Below are positions 17,329 to 27,737 of a DNA stretch of 64,000 nt, piece after piece. The number at the start of each line of letters is the position of its first letter. The stretch's first letter is position 1. Both the position numbers and the translations under genes were made by a program. The stretch is taken from IMG/VR virus record IMGVR_UViG_3300025770_000015; one strand, written 5' to 3'. The notes under the pieces are model-generated. The model ran no database searches. It saw only the letters and a program-made list of their open reading frames with translations, and was not told the origin of the DNA. The DNA comes from an uncultured virus (IMG/VR IMGVR_UViG_3300025770_000015). Taxonomy: Duplodnaviria > Heunggongvirae > Uroviricota > Caudoviricetes.

Positions 17329-17889
17329 ATGTTCTCATATCTTCTTGGTATTATTAGTGTATGTGTACCGCTATTTTTAATACCAAGACCTGTTCGTGTA
17401 TACTGTGACAGTGTTTTAGACATTATAGGATATGAAGAAGAAATGAGAAGCTTTAGTACAAATATAGATGGAATAAGATACGCTTGGGATGTTGAGAAGC
17501 TATGGGCTAAATTTGATACCCTTGATGCAATTGAGTGGGAGATTCCAGAATCATTCAAAGACGAATGGTCATGGGGTCAGTCACACCCCTCTGAACACAT
17601 AGAGCGTTGCTTAGAAGCCGACCTCTCATATCCTATTTTAATATGGGATGGTGAGATCATTGATGGCACTCACAGAACAATAAAAGCTCTCGCTCAAAAC
17701 AAAACAACAATAAAAGCAAAGATCATTACCAACATCCCTACACCAGATGAAGAAACCAACTTAGAACCCATCGAGTCTAATAAAGGAATCTCTTGGACAC
17801 ATGGGGATATGGTAAGGATCACTATGTCTATTATGGAATATGAGATGATGAAAGAATACAAGTTTCGTCATCCCATAGATGGTATGTGA
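17329..17889 (+). CDS. ParB/Srx-like N-terminal domain protein
   Basis: ADLSYPILI...IIDGTHR motif; start uncertain (17329 or 17443). Confidence 0.7.
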   Translation: MFSYLLGIISVCVPLFLIPRPVRVYCDSVLDIIGYEEEMRSFSTNIDGIRYAWDVEKLWAKFDTLDAIEWEIPESFKDEWSWGQSHPSEHIERCLEADLSYPILIWDGEIIDGTHRTIKALAQNKTTIKAKIITNIPTPDEETNLEPIESNKGISWTHGDMVRITMSIMEYEMMKEYKFRHPIDGM

Positions 17890-17970
17890 ATGTCATTTGA
17901 AGCAGTAATCTTATAAATCGTTTATTGTGTAGTATGATGTAAAGAACACCACCTTTAAGGAGAGTACATC

Positions 17971-20484
17971 ATGTCTACAATTACAGCGATACAGAAAACG
18001 ATTGACGCTCAAAAAGAAGCTAATGCCGTTAAACTAACCCCTAACTCTGCGGACACTTCCCTCACAGCAAGTAGAGAAGTGGGTGTACTCATTGAAGGTA
18101 GTAATGCTACGGTTCAAAATACATCTGACGCAGGGGGCGTTGTGATTAAGGGAGGTGTTCCTAATCGAGACTCTATTGATGGCGGTGACATAACCATACT
18201 GGGAGGGGATGGTTATAAGGGTGGGAACATATTAATTGTTGGTGGGGATAACACAGATAACTCAGCGTCAAGTATCTCAGGAGCGATTGCGATTCAAACA
18301 GGAGGTCAAGACCTTACTAGTGATCAGCACACAGGTAATATCCTAATCAATACAGGTAATGTGAGTGCAGTTAAGAGTTCGGGGTCTTTAGACATTAAAA
18401 CAGGGACTCCCCATAACGCTCAAGGTTCTTCAAGTGGGGGTGTTACAATAGAAACAGGAGGTACTTCAGATATTGCCCATAATGGTAGTTCAGGTAACTT
18501 AATAATGAAGACAGGGCAAGGGGGTCTAAATGGGTCTGGACCTATTGCCTATTCAACAGGGGATACCTCGTCTGGAGCTACAGGGTCAATAACTTTTCTA
18601 TCGGGATCATCCTCCTCTGGTGTTACAGGGGATATTTCTTTTTTTAGTGGGTCAGCAGGGGAAGGGGGAGCGAGTGGAGATATTAGTTTAGTCTCTGGGG
18701 TAGTGACTAGAAATGGTGGTGCAATTCCGTACAACACAGGTGATGTTACAGTAGCATCAGGAACAGGTGTTGGAGCATGGGCAAACAGTGGTACATTATC
18801 TCTTTATACAGGAAACTCAGCGAGGGAAACAGGTGATGTAAGTCTTTACACGGGCGACTCAAGTGGAGACAATAGTGGTACTATTAATATTTACACAGGG
18901 AGTGCAACAGATGGTTTAGGTGATACTTCGGGTAATATAGATCTGACAACAGGTGATTCGTATTCCCAACCAGGAAGAATAAAGTTCGTCACTGGGGCTT
19001 CCACAGGCGGAAGCCAAGGGGGTCATATTCAAGCAGTTACAGGGAATGTCACTGATGGTAATAACACTCAAGAAGGGGGTGGGATCTGGTACACCACAGG
19101 GTCTCACGCAGGTAGTGGAGATAGTGGTCTTTTCAATATCTCAACAGGGGATCAAACAGGTACAGGTAATTCGGGATATATAGACATACGCACAGGGGAT
19201 CAAACAGTAGCAGATCTATCAGGAAAGATAGACATACACACGGGTGTTACAACTGGTGAAGACAGTGGTGAAATCTTAATCAAAACAGGATTTACAGACG
19301 CGGATACTGTTTCAAGTGGTGAAATCACTATCGCCACAGGTGGTCCAGAAGTCAACGGATTTCCAGTATATGGGACCAATACACAGTTAGCAAATAGTGG
19401 GGGTATAACCATTAGAACAGGAAGTACCTATGATGTATTTTCGGGGAGCTTAACCCTAACAACAGGCATAACCGAGATAGGCACTAGTGGTTCGGTGTCT
19501 TTAAGTTCGGGTCAGTCCGAGGAGGGCAACAGTGGATCTATGCAATTTTTCTCTTCAAATGCAGGAGGGGACTCTGGGTGGGTTGTAATTAGGTCAGGCT
19601 CAAGTACCATTGATGGAAATAGTGGTTCGATAAGTTTGTATACAGGGAATGCGAATACTGTAGCTTCAAATGAAAGTGGTGCGATTAATATTTCCACAGG
19701 TGGAGGGAATTTAACATCAGGGGATGTGTCTATTACTTCGGGTGCTCCATTTATTGATACAGGGTCTACAAGTGGAGGTGTTACAATAAAGACAGGGGGT
19801 ACTGCAAACACAGCTGACGCAGGTCATTCGGGCAACATTGTTATAGGTTCGGGTCAAGGGGGTATCGATGAATCTGGTTCTGTCAGTATTACTACGGGAG
19901 ATACCTCGACACAACGGAGTGGTGCTTTGACTATAGGATCTGGTACAGCTAGTGCTGATTGGAGTGGTGATGTAAATATTTCCACTGGTGGAGGTACAGG
20001 TGGAGGAGATATAAATATCTCCACAGGTTTAGGGTCAGACGGGCATATTTCCTTAGCTACGGATGGCAACGGGGATATTATCTTAACTGCCGATGATGTG
20101 GAGGTGAGTTCAGCTTCGGTCCCCAATTCTGTGGGCAATGACCAACGACTTTTAACAGTTCAAGCGGATGGTGTTCTTAAATCACTAGGAGTAAAAATAA
20201 TCCATATCGGTCAGGTTACCGTATCCACAGGGGCTACTAATATTACAGACTTCACATTAACCGCTCCAGTTAATTCGATGTCTGCAAACACGAAGATTTT
20301 TTGGAATCTAGAAACAGACAACACAGCGGGGGTACACTGGACAACTTACCCTCATTTTGTACCCGCTAATTTTTCTACAGGTCCTTCGCATGACCCAAAC
20401 ATTGCAGTTTTATATGGGACTCTTAATAAGTATGTGGTATCAATGGATGTGACGATAAATTATGTCATGTATGAGACATTCTAA
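17971..20484 (+). CDS. Gly/Ser/Thr-rich repetitive fibre or adhesin-like protein
   Basis: 837 aa with dozens of SGxIxIxTG-type repeats. Confidence 0.7.
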   Translation: MSTITAIQKTIDAQKEANAVKLTPNSADTSLTASREVGVLIEGSNATVQNTSDAGGVVIKGGVPNRDSIDGGDITILGGDGYKGGNILIVGGDNTDNSASSISGAIAIQTGGQDLTSDQHTGNILINTGNVSAVKSSGSLDIKTGTPHNAQGSSSGGVTIETGGTSDIAHNGSSGNLIMKTGQGGLNGSGPIAYSTGDTSSGATGSITFLSGSSSSGVTGDISFFSGSAGEGGASGDISLVSGVVTRNGGAIPYNTGDVTVASGTGVGAWANSGTLSLYTGNSARETGDVSLYTGDSSGDNSGTINIYTGSATDGLGDTSGNIDLTTGDSYSQPGRIKFVTGASTGGSQGGHIQAVTGNVTDGNNTQEGGGIWYTTGSHAGSGDSGLFNISTGDQTGTGNSGYIDIRTGDQTVADLSGKIDIHTGVTTGEDSGEILIKTGFTDADTVSSGEITIATGGPEVNGFPVYGTNTQLANSGGITIRTGSTYDVFSGSLTLTTGITEIGTSGSVSLSSGQSEEGNSGSMQFFSSNAGGDSGWVVIRSGSSTIDGNSGSISLYTGNANTVASNESGAINISTGGGNLTSGDVSITSGAPFIDTGSTSGGVTIKTGGTANTADAGHSGNIVIGSGQGGIDESGSVSITTGDTSTQRSGALTIGSGTASADWSGDVNISTGGGTGGGDINISTGLGSDGHISLATDGNGDIILTADDVEVSSASVPNSVGNDQRLLTVQADGVLKSLGVKIIHIGQVTVSTGATNITDFTLTAPVNSMSANTKIFWNLETDNTAGVHWTTYPHFVPANFSTGPSHDPNIAVLYGTLNKYVVSMDVTINYVMYETF

Positions 20485-20520
20485 AGAAGGATGAGGGTTT
20501 TTAATCAACTAAGGAACGAT

Positions 20521-20766
20521 ATGAAAGTATTACCTATTATTATTTTCATCACTTTTTTGATGGTGGACTGTAAGCTTCAAACTAAGAAAGAAAAGCAAGA
20601 GCAAGAAGAGAAGAGACTCTGTGACTTAGCCTACCTATATGTCTCCGAATGTGCATATGAATATAGGAAAGTGACAGTTGCCCCTTTTGAAGCGTGTACT
20701 GAAAACTATGCTCGGAGGATGTTAAATTATTCTTGTGAGGAGTTGGTGGTTAACCTTTCAAAATGA
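20521..20766 (+). CDS. Putative lipoprotein or membrane-anchored protein
   Basis: MKVLPIIIFITFLMVDC; AAGGA RBS; Cys-rich remainder. Confidence 0.55.
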   Translation: MKVLPIIIFITFLMVDCKLQTKKEKQEQEEKRLCDLAYLYVSECAYEYRKVTVAPFEACTENYARRMLNYSCEELVVNLSK

Positions 20767-20791
20767 GAGATGAGCTTTAAAGACCACCAAC

Positions 20792-21346
20792 CTAAAAGGG
20801 GATAAATTGAGGGTTGAGTAAGGGGTTGGGGTAAGCCTTTAAATACTCTGCAAAATAGAGTTGGGCTGTTCTTAGGTTGAAGTGGGGGATATTATAGTTA
20901 TGTGCGGCTCGGACAGTATATCGTGTCCCCCCAGACTCTTTCCCTCGCATAAGTGGGTCTCCCACACAATAGAAGACGACAAACTTAACAGGCTTGAGGT
21001 TTTCTTCATCATCTCCAAAGATCTGATACATATTGCGTATGATAAGTGAGCGTGTATAAGGCTTCATCTTGTGTAAAGGGTATTCCCAACACACAGCCTT
21101 AGCTTTCTCAATCGCCCATTCATGTTCAACGATGTGTTGACTCTTAGGAGACCAGATTTCTTTCTGACCACTTTCAAGATCACACCCACGCTCAAAGGCT
21201 TGGTCTGCCCCGACAGCACCAGATCTCAGTGTGAGGTCTTTTTTAGTGCATACCCGACCTATCTTAGTCATAAAGTCAAGACAGGCTTGTGGTGTCTTTC
21301 TCGATCCTATTCCTGCGTAGTACATTTTCTTACTCCCTTTAGTCAT
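20792..21346 (-). CDS. DprA-like / SLOG superfamily protein
   Basis: YAGIGSRKTP, LRSGAVGADQAFE, SGGT motifs. Confidence 0.78.
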   Translation of the reverse strand: MTKGSKKMYYAGIGSRKTPQACLDFMTKIGRVCTKKDLTLRSGAVGADQAFERGCDLESGQKEIWSPKSQHIVEHEWAIEKAKAVCWEYPLHKMKPYTRSLIIRNMYQIFGDDEENLKPVKFVVFYCVGDPLMRGKESGGTRYTVRAAHNYNIPHFNLRTAQLYFAEYLKAYPNPLLNPQFIPF

Positions 21347-21359
21347 ACTTCATTATATG

Positions 21360-21393
21360 ACTAAAGGGCTAAATACACTAAAGGGCTAAATAC
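21360..21393. repeat. 17-bp perfect tandem duplication
   Basis: ACTAAAGGGCTAAATAC x2. Confidence 0.9.
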
Positions 21394-22336
21394 TTTTAAC
21401 TAGTTCCTCTATTTCTTCTCTTGAAGCTCTTGCAACAGATTTAAGATCACCTTGTGCATCATGATAGAAGACCTCTTTTTCAGGGATCTCTTCGTAGAGA
21501 TCTTCTAATTCAAATCTTCTATTTTGCTTTGAGAAGAGACCGCCAATCTCTTTTTTGAGTTTCTTGATAGCAGTGCTCTGTCCTACAAACACATCTTTAG
21601 GGTTGTACCCTATGAGTGACCCTAATGCCAGCCCACCTAAGATTTTAAGAGTGAAAAGGTGTGGGAGGGAGATAGCTAACATCATGGGGATGGCGAAGTT
21701 TAACTGATATAAAAGGATATTGAGAAAACTTTGGTCTGTTTTTTTCCCAATCCCATGTATGGAGGTATAAAAAGATTCAACGAGTTTTACGGGGTTTATT
21801 GTTTCCCAAGCGGTTTTTATAATCTCTGTAACTGTCCTAAGACCAATATCCTCTTTTGCGATGTTTATCGCCTTGATTCTTAGGTCTTTAGTAGTTGCGG
21901 TTTCTTCATATCCACTCAAGTAATCATCATAAAAAAAGAGTCCATCTCTTGACCCGTAATACTTAATGAATCCCACTCTACTCAGAAGGTCTTCACCGCT
22001 CTCTCTATGTTTGCCCCCAAGTTCCCATGCGTGATAGAGCTTTGAGAGTAGTCGTTCATAAGCAATGGATTGGAAAAACTTAGTGAAAAGGTTGACAACA
22101 GGAGTTTGAACAAAGAACACTTTTAAGATTTTTAAGAACGCATTTTTAACATACTTCGCCATGCCTTTAACTTTAGCTACACCCGAACTGATTAGGTTCG
22201 CTAACCAGTTAGACGCAAGGCGAAGGGTCTTTGCTTGTCTATATTGCAAACAGGCGATTCTTGTTAGTTGTCTTTCCGAAAGAGAAGCCATTTTTATAGT
22301 GGTAAAGTGACTTGGGTCTTGTAAGAAGTTAATCAT
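21386..22336 (-). CDS. Hypothetical protein with hydrophobic segment and RIA/RxA-type leader
   Basis: Start likely 22336 or 22291 (upstream extension overlaps opposite gene); RQLTRIACLQYRQAKTLRLAS leader. Confidence 0.65.
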   Translation of the reverse strand: MINFLQDPSHFTTIKMASLSERQLTRIACLQYRQAKTLRLASNWLANLISSGVAKVKGMAKYVKNAFLKILKVFFVQTPVVNLFTKFFQSIAYERLLSKLYHAWELGGKHRESGEDLLSRVGFIKYYGSRDGLFFYDDYLSGYEETATTKDLRIKAINIAKEDIGLRTVTEIIKTAWETINPVKLVESFYTSIHGIGKKTDQSFLNILLYQLNFAIPMMLAISLPHLFTLKILGGLALGSLIGYNPKDVFVGQSTAIKKLKKEIGGLFSKQNRRFELEDLYEEIPEKEVFYHDAQGDLKSVARASREEIEELVKSI

Positions 22337-22409
22337 TTGTATGCCTTTGTCGATGTGATCATATAAAAAGGGGAGAGTCATAAAAGGTTTATGAGAGAGA
22401 GAGACTAAT

Positions 22410-23027
22410 ATGCTTCGTATAAATAGAAGATGGGATGCAGAAGAAGATTTAACTTTAAGAGCTTGGGCTAACTTGGAGAACATATCCGAAATAACTGCGA
22501 GGTTGGATCGTACTGAGAGTTCTGTGAAGAGTAGGATGAGAACCCTTGGTATTAAGAAAAAGAAGGTGTATAAACCGAATAGGACATGGACTGACAAAGA
22601 GGTTAAATATCTCCGAAGGATGTCTGGTGAGATGAAGTCTGATCGGCTTGCAGAAAAGTTAAACAAAAGCCTGTCTTCGGTTAAACTCAAAGCGTCAAGA
22701 CTAGGGTTATCTCTAAGGACAAGTAAAAACTCTAGTTGGTGTGATTCGGATATAGACCAACTTATAAATTTGATCTCAACAGGGAAAAATTGGTTTGAGA
22801 TTTCAGATGTGTTAGTAGATCGTACATGGATGGCTTGTCGTAAAAAAGCAGGCGAGTTGGATTTAAACTTAGGTCTAAAAAGAGAATGGAGAATGTCAGA
22901 GTTGCGTTATCTCCACCAAGCAAGATCAGAGGGAATTCCATATAAGAAGATTTCATTGGAGTTAAATAGATCTGTCTCTTCAGTTAGAAAAAGATATGCC
23001 CGTTATAAGAAAGAAAAAGGATTATGA
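22410..23027 (+). CDS. Myb/SANT-like HTH repeat DNA-binding protein
   Basis: Four repeats beginning WDAEEDLTL, WTDKEVKYL, WCDSDIDQL, WRMSELRYL. Confidence 0.75.
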   Translation: MLRINRRWDAEEDLTLRAWANLENISEITARLDRTESSVKSRMRTLGIKKKKVYKPNRTWTDKEVKYLRRMSGEMKSDRLAEKLNKSLSSVKLKASRLGLSLRTSKNSSWCDSDIDQLINLISTGKNWFEISDVLVDRTWMACRKKAGELDLNLGLKREWRMSELRYLHQARSEGIPYKKISLELNRSVSSVRKRYARYKKEKGL

Positions 23028-23395
23028 TAAGAAACTTATTGGTTATGGTACTTTTTTCATTCCCTGTATTAGCCACTGCCAACCCCGAAGAAGGTTGTAT
23101 GGACGCAAATTATTCAAGGATTTACACGACTACCTATAAAGAGAATAAATCTGAGTTGTCTATTAAAGTCAAAACGACTAGACCAGAAGAAGTGTCTTTA
23201 CATACGAAGAAGATTAAATATGGTTTGGAGATTGAACTCCAAAACGCATATCTTCCAAGGGAGAGAGTTTTTATAGGTAACCATCTTGAATTGAGAGAGT
23301 TTGGAGCGTCTACTCTTTTAATCGTTAAGGGGGGTAAGAAACTGCTCTCCGAGAAGGTGGAGGGTTCTTACCTTATCCTTGTAGTCTCTCTTTAG
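23024..23395 (+). CDS. Hypothetical exported protein
   Basis: Signal peptide ending ATA; ATGA overlap with upstream gene. Confidence 0.65.
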   Translation: MIRNLLVMVLFSFPVLATANPEEGCMDANYSRIYTTTYKENKSELSIKVKTTRPEEVSLHTKKIKYGLEIELQNAYLPRERVFIGNHLELREFGASTLLIVKGGKKLLSEKVEGSYLILVVSL

Positions 23396-23404
23396 ATTAC
23401 ATCC

Positions 23405-23782
23405 CTATCTCTTGAATCTAGCTGGTGTCCATGCGTTATGTGATCTTCGACCTCTGCGAGATGCTTGCTTGGTGTAGATCATTCCAAGACCATCGGTGAA
23501 GTCACCCTTTTCAAACTTCACATCATGCTTTTGAGCGAGAGCTTTGACCTGTTTCTCGACCTTTTTATTGTCCATTGATGACATGAGGAAAGTAATAACC
23601 CCATCTTCAAAATCAATGTCCTCAATACCAAAGGTGTCCTCAAGATCACGCCTAATCTGACGAACATTTACATTACCTGCTAAGATGATGTGTCCTGCAA
23701 CTTTGCGTGTTGCTGAGGTACGCTCAAGACGAGCAATGCGTCTTTCAAGGTTGTTAATGATTTGTGATGCTGATCTTCTCAT
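23405..23782 (-). CDS. MRRSA-leader family protein 2
   Basis: Leader MRRSASQIINNLERRIARLERTS; conserved upstream module 23783-23844. Confidence 0.8.
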   Translation of the reverse strand: MRRSASQIINNLERRIARLERTSATRKVAGHIILAGNVNVRQIRRDLEDTFGIEDIDFEDGVITFLMSSMDNKKVEKQVKALAQKHDVKFEKGDFTDGLGMIYTKQASRRGRRSHNAWTPARFKR

Positions 23783-24121
23783 AGGAGTTCTCCATTTAAG
23801 TTAAGGTTAGAGATCACTTAAGATCATTTATAAATGATCTATTAAAAACATTGAGGGTCATGTCCTCTCTGCATAGCGAGGGAGGTCAAATCCAAAAGAC
23901 CCCTTTATCGAACCAGCACTAAGACCTAATCGGTTAAAAATCAAACCCAAAGACGATGTGTGGGTCAGAGATTTTAGGGTAATAATCAGTGAGAAAATGG
24001 CTGTTTTATGATCTGTGTGTGGGTCAAAGAGATGGAGCATAGTCTAAACCTAACTTTTTTTTGCTAGGGGATACTGTCAATGGTATATACCCAACCTTAA
24101 ATAAACCAAAGGATCTTAAAA

Positions 24122-24241
24122 ATGACATTACTTGCTATCTCTTTTACCGCTCTCTTATATTCAATGTACTTTGTAGAAGCTTATAGGGCTTACAAAAGAG
24201 GCGATGGACCTCAAAGACCTAAGCCTTGGATTAAGCGTTAG
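24122..24241 (+). CDS. Small membrane peptide (39 aa)
   Basis: AAAGGA RBS; MTLLAISFTALLYSMYFVEAY... Confidence 0.4.
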   Translation: MTLLAISFTALLYSMYFVEAYRAYKRGDGPQRPKPWIKR

Positions 24242-24827
24242 TCTCAAAGCAACCTTTTTTCCTCTGTACATAAGCTCGTTTCCTACAAGGGTCTGAACAA
24301 TAAGCCTTTCGAGTCTTAGGTACTTCATTAGAACAGGTGATTGAGGAACACAGGTCGCTCGGCTCTGGTGCTATAGGTTTAGGAGGACTGATCGGATTTG
24401 GTTTTTTCTCAGAATCCACCTCTTTGCGTTTGCGAGTTCGATTAGGGTTTCTTGATTCATAGTCTGCACGAGCCTTTTGCATACGACACTTGTCAGAACA
24501 GTATCTCTTGCGTCCTGTAGCGATCATATTTGCACACCCATAGTTGGCACATTCCTTAGTCGATTGTTTTGACTCGTCAATCTGAATGACTTCCTCGACC
24601 TCTTTAATCGTCTTTCGTGCTTTCTCTGCCTTTCTCTCCTCCAGTTCTTGAGGGGTCAGAGGGTATCCAACCATACTCCTACCTAGACAAGTCGAGTACC
24701 AACACTTCTCCGAGTGTTCTCTGTGTTTCGTGTAAGGGGCGAGGTGTTCAGAACACACCCACATCTTTTTCCCTAGTTCATCTATATACCACTGTACAGG
24801 ACACTTCCCTGTTCCATCTCTTCGCAT
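24231..24827 (-). CDS. Multi zinc-finger protein
   Basis: Two C..C...YCSDxCR modules plus N-terminal Cys/His cluster. Confidence 0.7.
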   Translation of the reverse strand: MRRDGTGKCPVQWYIDELGKKMWVCSEHLAPYTKHREHSEKCWYSTCLGRSMVGYPLTPQELEERKAEKARKTIKEVEEVIQIDESKQSTKECANYGCANMIATGRKRYCSDKCRMQKARADYESRNPNRTRKRKEVDSEKKPNPISPPKPIAPEPSDLCSSITCSNEVPKTRKAYCSDPCRKRAYVQRKKGCFETNA

Positions 24828-24850
24828 TGTCTGTCCTTTGGAGGTTTATT

Positions 24851-25072
24851 ATGTTTGGTTATGAGCGTTGTCCCAAGTGTACATTGTACTACTTGACTCA
24901 AGATTTTAACGAAAACATTTGTATTGAATGTTCTCCCACAACAAGAGAGAGAAAGACACCTGTACCTCTTTCAAAGGTTCAGTACAAGAAGCTCTATAAA
25001 AAAAGGCTCTCAGTTGTCAAGAGCATCCTTAAACCTACCCTACCTGCGTTCCCCTCTGATGTGTTCGATTGA
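24851..25072 (+). CDS. Small zinc-ribbon protein
   Basis: GGAGG RBS; CPKC...CIEC. Confidence 0.6.
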   Translation: MFGYERCPKCTLYYLTQDFNENICIECSPTTRERKTPVPLSKVQYKKLYKKRLSVVKSILKPTLPAFPSDVFD

Positions 25073-25165
25073 ACCAAGACCCCCCTAGAGACATTATTCA
25101 CTTTCCTTTTTAAGATCTATCGGTATAGATAAACATACCACAAATAGAGAAAGGATCGTGGACTT

Positions 25166-25909
25166 ATGACGAATGATTTTAGATCTGATATAGTCAGTAT
25201 TTATGAGGATGGGATTGGGGGCGTTTCTCTCATTCAATCTATGGGCGATGACCTCACTATCGTAAACAGTGCGAGAGCAAGTCTAGGGAAAGTCAGTACC
25301 GAGATGGGTGAGCGAGAGGAAAAGCTGTGCAACTTCCTCATTAAAGAGGGGCATACCTCGACCACAGAACATAATGTCGTTTCGTTTTGGATTAAAGTAC
25401 CACTCTTCGTAGCCCGTCAACAAATGCGACACAGGACATTCTCTTACAACGAGATTTCTCGCAGATACACAAGCTCTGACATCGAGTTTTACCTCCCAAA
25501 TGAGATGAGGAAGCAAGACACTAAAAACCGCCAAGCAAGTCTTGATGAGACATTTAACCCCATCGTAGAGTTTGATCCCTATGAGTACCCTAAGTTCCTT
25601 AAACTAGACGCTGTGTCTGCTATTAAAAGCCATGCTTCTGATTCTATTAGGTTATACAATCAGTTAATAGAAAAAGGGGTCGCAAGAGATCAAGCTCGTA
25701 TGATACTCCCACAGAATCTATATACAACTTACTGGGCAACTGGGTCATTGCACAACTGGGTTAATAGTTTCATTGCTAAAAGGGATCACCCCGATGCTCA
25801 ATGGGAGATCAAACTCTTAGCAAGAGAAATCTCTCGGCAAATCCAAACGCTATGGCCTTTGGCTCATGCTAACTTTGTGGAGCATGGGAAGATCCCACCA
25901 TTAAATTAA
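25166..25909 (+). CDS. thyX: FAD-dependent thymidylate synthase
   Basis: RHRTFSYNEISRRY signature; ARMILP; HPDAQWEI. Confidence 0.95.
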   Translation: MTNDFRSDIVSIYEDGIGGVSLIQSMGDDLTIVNSARASLGKVSTEMGEREEKLCNFLIKEGHTSTTEHNVVSFWIKVPLFVARQQMRHRTFSYNEISRRYTSSDIEFYLPNEMRKQDTKNRQASLDETFNPIVEFDPYEYPKFLKLDAVSAIKSHASDSIRLYNQLIEKGVARDQARMILPQNLYTTYWATGSLHNWVNSFIAKRDHPDAQWEIKLLAREISRQIQTLWPLAHANFVEHGKIPPLN

Positions 25910-25918
25910 AAGAACCTA

Positions 25919-26371
25919 TTACTTTGTAACCCTTACGCCACAACAGGGACAAAGTGCATCTTCTTTTTGAGATAACTTAGAGACAAGTCGTGCTTGAGCT
26001 TTCTTCAAACTCGTATCCCAATGTTCAGGGAACTGAGGAGGATCAATCGAGGGTAAGGTCTTTCGCTGTCTCTTTTTGACACGATTTGGTGGCACTGCTT
26101 CAGACTCGGCAACTGCTTTCCACTTCCACGCTTTCCTGCCCGACTCCGTAATGCCCTTAGTGTTCGTATTAAGGACAAGACCCTTATCCATGAGGTTAAT
26201 ACGACAAGGGCGATATGTGTTCGGGTTCATACCTAACGATCTAAATCCATCATCATCTGTAATACCATCTTCTCCCTTCGATAGGATGTACCGATATACA
26301 CGATCTGTTATATTGGTGATTTGAGGTTCGATTGACTCAAGTGCCTCACGAGATGTTTCCATGTTAGACAT
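25919..26371 (-). CDS. Putative winged-HTH protein
   Basis: GITDDD...NTYRPCRINL pattern; C-terminal CPCC. Confidence 0.55.
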   Translation of the reverse strand: MSNMETSREALESIEPQITNITDRVYRYILSKGEDGITDDDGFRSLGMNPNTYRPCRINLMDKGLVLNTNTKGITESGRKAWKWKAVAESEAVPPNRVKKRQRKTLPSIDPPQFPEHWDTSLKKAQARLVSKLSQKEDALCPCCGVRVTK

Positions 26372-26420
26372 AAATCAGTCCTTTCATATATGAAGTCAGA
26401 TAATAACCCCTTATATGATC

Positions 26421-26648
26421 CTAGCCCTCTTTATGCCTCTCTACCTCTCGTTGAAGATACCAAATAGCTTTATTCAAGTCCTCAATAGAACTCTCACCAG
26501 GTTTCTTTCCCGCTCTTAAGATATATTTGATCGCTGAACCAAGCGAAAAATTGAGGTTATATGCCTCGATCACAGATATCGCTTCCATCCCCTTTGCTTG
26601 GTAATGGTCGGGATGGTCAATCTTCTCGTACTTTTGCTCTTTACTCAT
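26421..26648 (-). CDS. DUF3310 family protein
   Basis: HPDHY, AIKYILRAGKK, EDLNKAIWYL. Confidence 0.88.
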   Translation of the reverse strand: MSKEQKYEKIDHPDHYQAKGMEAISVIEAYNLNFSLGSAIKYILRAGKKPGESSIEDLNKAIWYLQREVERHKEG

Positions 26649-26709
26649 AGTATATTCTTTAACTTTTCTTAGCTTGTTTATAATGACACTATACTAAAGG
26701 AGGCTCAAT

Positions 26710-27675
26710 ATGGCTGTAGCATTTAAAAGAAATCAAATACTCTCAAGGGGCGATCTCGACATCTTCCTCACAAACTCAAATGGGAATGTGTCTAATGCCG
26801 CTGAAATTACTTACGCACTTTATTATGTAGACCCTGGACCACCCGAAACAGATGTACTCATCGGTGATCAAGCTCGCATACCCGAAAACCCATCGGTAGG
26901 TGAATACTATGCATCTGTACGCATACCTACCACAGCTACCTATGGTCGCTATCGGATCAGATGGACCCTCAAAGAGTTGGTCAACAGCCAACCCCAAACG
27001 GTTGTACAAGAGTTCGGGGTAGTCGCAGAGAACGCTGTACTTGGATTACAACTCTCAGAAGCTCAAAAGTCTATGGTCTATAAGTTGCGTATGCTCCTTA
27101 GAGATCAGAACCCCGACAAGTATTATCATTTCAGACCACCAGAGCATGAATCGAACATTGGTAGCTACAATCAAGTCTTTGGTCAAGTGTGGGAAGATGA
27201 GGAGATGCTTGAGTATCTTGAGAGAGCTTTAGATTGGTGGAATATGCAACCACCAGAAACTGAAGAACTCCAAAACCTTAACTCACTCGTAAATATTAAA
27301 CCTGCTTGGAGAACTCCCATTCTTCAAGGGGCGATACAGTTTGCGGCTATGGCTCTTCAAGCAAACTGGATCGTAGACGAGTTCGATTATTCCATCGGGG
27401 GCATCTCTCTTAACATCGACAGGTCAAGCAAATATGAAGGACTCAAATCTTCGGCTGAACAAATGTGGTCGATGTCGGTTGAAGCTAAAGCAAGAACTAC
27501 AAAATATATGCGTGGATTAAAACAACCCAAATATGGCGTGGGGATAAGAAGTGCCTTTGGCCCGCATGTTGGTCGGGGCGTTCTTTCGCCGCGGGGATTC
27601 CTTATTTTCCCTTTATTTCTAGGTACTTACGAGATGATTTCGGAGTTTTTGAGTGTGGCTCAAGGGGTGGTTTAG
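26710..27675 (+). CDS. Putative neck / head-tail adaptor protein
   Basis: Late-type motif 26667-26681; Ig-like N-terminus; EFDYSIGGISL motif; function inferred. Confidence 0.5.
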   Translation: MAVAFKRNQILSRGDLDIFLTNSNGNVSNAAEITYALYYVDPGPPETDVLIGDQARIPENPSVGEYYASVRIPTTATYGRYRIRWTLKELVNSQPQTVVQEFGVVAENAVLGLQLSEAQKSMVYKLRMLLRDQNPDKYYHFRPPEHESNIGSYNQVFGQVWEDEEMLEYLERALDWWNMQPPETEELQNLNSLVNIKPAWRTPILQGAIQFAAMALQANWIVDEFDYSIGGISLNIDRSSKYEGLKSSAEQMWSMSVEAKARTTKYMRGLKQPKYGVGIRSAFGPHVGRGVLSPRGFLIFPLFLGTYEMISEFLSVAQGVV

Positions 27676-27678
27676 GGG

Positions 27679-27708
27679 TTGACAAGCAAGCAAAGTTTGG
27701 TGTATAGT
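27679..27708 (+). promoter_or_regulatory. Sigma70-like promoter
   Basis: TTGACA-18 nt-TATAGT upstream of the endonuclease. Confidence 0.55.
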
Positions 27709-27737
27709 ATCAATCTCCACTAAGAGAAAGGATACAT

